Assembly (NCBI GenBank): GCA_030704615.1
Contig: CM060733.1
Location: 49,290,001 to 49,354,000, forward strand
DNA from: Takakia lepidozioides
Taxonomy: Eukaryota > Plantae > Bryophyta
Reading direction: 5' to 3'
Length of the DNA stretch: 64,000 bases
The translations under genes and the position numbers were made by a program. Under the pieces are notes generated by a model that was not told where the DNA came from, made no database searches, and saw only the letters and a list, made by a program, of their open reading frames with translations. Below are positions 63,531-64,000 of this stretch, piece after piece. Position 1 is the first letter of the stretch. Each line of letters starts with the position of its first letter.

Positions 63531-63883
63531 CCTTTTGAAAAACCAATACCAGGGCATTATTAATATTGATATGGTCTAAAAGAAATTCAGTATATAGATT
63601 GTGATATTTATATCCATCAATATTGATTATATTGATTATATATCTAATATTGATTATATCTAGTGTGCCGCATACACTGTTGATACTCGTACCTAAGTTT
63701 TTCCTCACAAAATGGATCTGATGTTAGTACGAGGTACCACACCTCGAATCTTTAGGCCTCTAACGAGTTCCACACCACTTCCACTATGTCTCCATACTCC
63801 ATACCTCTTGATTAGCCCATTTAATGAAGCCCCCACTGCTTCTGGTTGAGGGGGCCCGCCCACTGAGTATTGCCCACACTCCC

Positions 63884-64000
63884 TGTTAGAGGGTTGTCTA
63901 GGACTTAGACAGTTTCACGGGTTCTGTGGGGTACCCTTAATTTTGCGCAGACTTACGGATGGTAGACTCAGACCAATAGAGGCCTTAGGGGTGACAGACA
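63884..64000 (+). mobile_element. Start of an LTR related to family A (runs off the window)
   Basis: TGTTAGAGGGTTGTCTAGGACTTAGAC...CTGTGGGGTACCCTTAATTTT...CCTTAGGGGTGACA, a diverged match to the A LTR 5' end. Confidence 0.85.

Noticed and set aside
63530-63690. AT-rich MITE-like insertion in the LINE remnant
   Set aside because: No convincing TIR or TSD.

Overview
Eukaryotic genomic DNA, most likely from a non-seed land plant. This is inferred from the PLS-PPR, Tcn1-like, Phygy/Selgy/Athila-like and Replitron-like content. The window is dominated by a ~41-kb nest of transposons (3561-44255). Ty3/Gypsy element A1 (+) was hit by two siblings: A2 (-; 6757-34115, TSD AGGGT) and A3 (+; from 35588, truncated). 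Both LTRs of A2 carry insertions of a second family, B: solo LTR B1 (7042-9283) and element B2 (21865-34064). B2's 5' LTR in turn carries a Mutator-like DNA transposon (23687-29519, 9-bp TSD) with a GCM/WRKY-like zinc domain and large palindromic arrays. Outside the nest are a CACTA TnpA-like pseudogene, two 3' exons of an AAA-ATPase, a Replitron-like remnant, and one intact 7-exon chloroplast 2-Cys peroxiredoxin gene (52439-49258, -). Further right, an L1 LINE remnant is split by a decayed Tcn1-like chromovirus that itself contains a small CACTA element. The most unusual signals are: (1) B2 has permuted LTR ends that fit integration from a 2-LTR circle cut at an internal CA-TA-TG palindrome; (2) B2 encodes a Gag/coiled-coil/PLS-PPR fusion with no RT or integrase; (3) family A has an extra 5' ORF and a >1000-aa 3' ORF that may be in frame with Pol. 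Many 1-bp indels may be assembly errors. All protein-family assignments are from motif recognition, not database searches.
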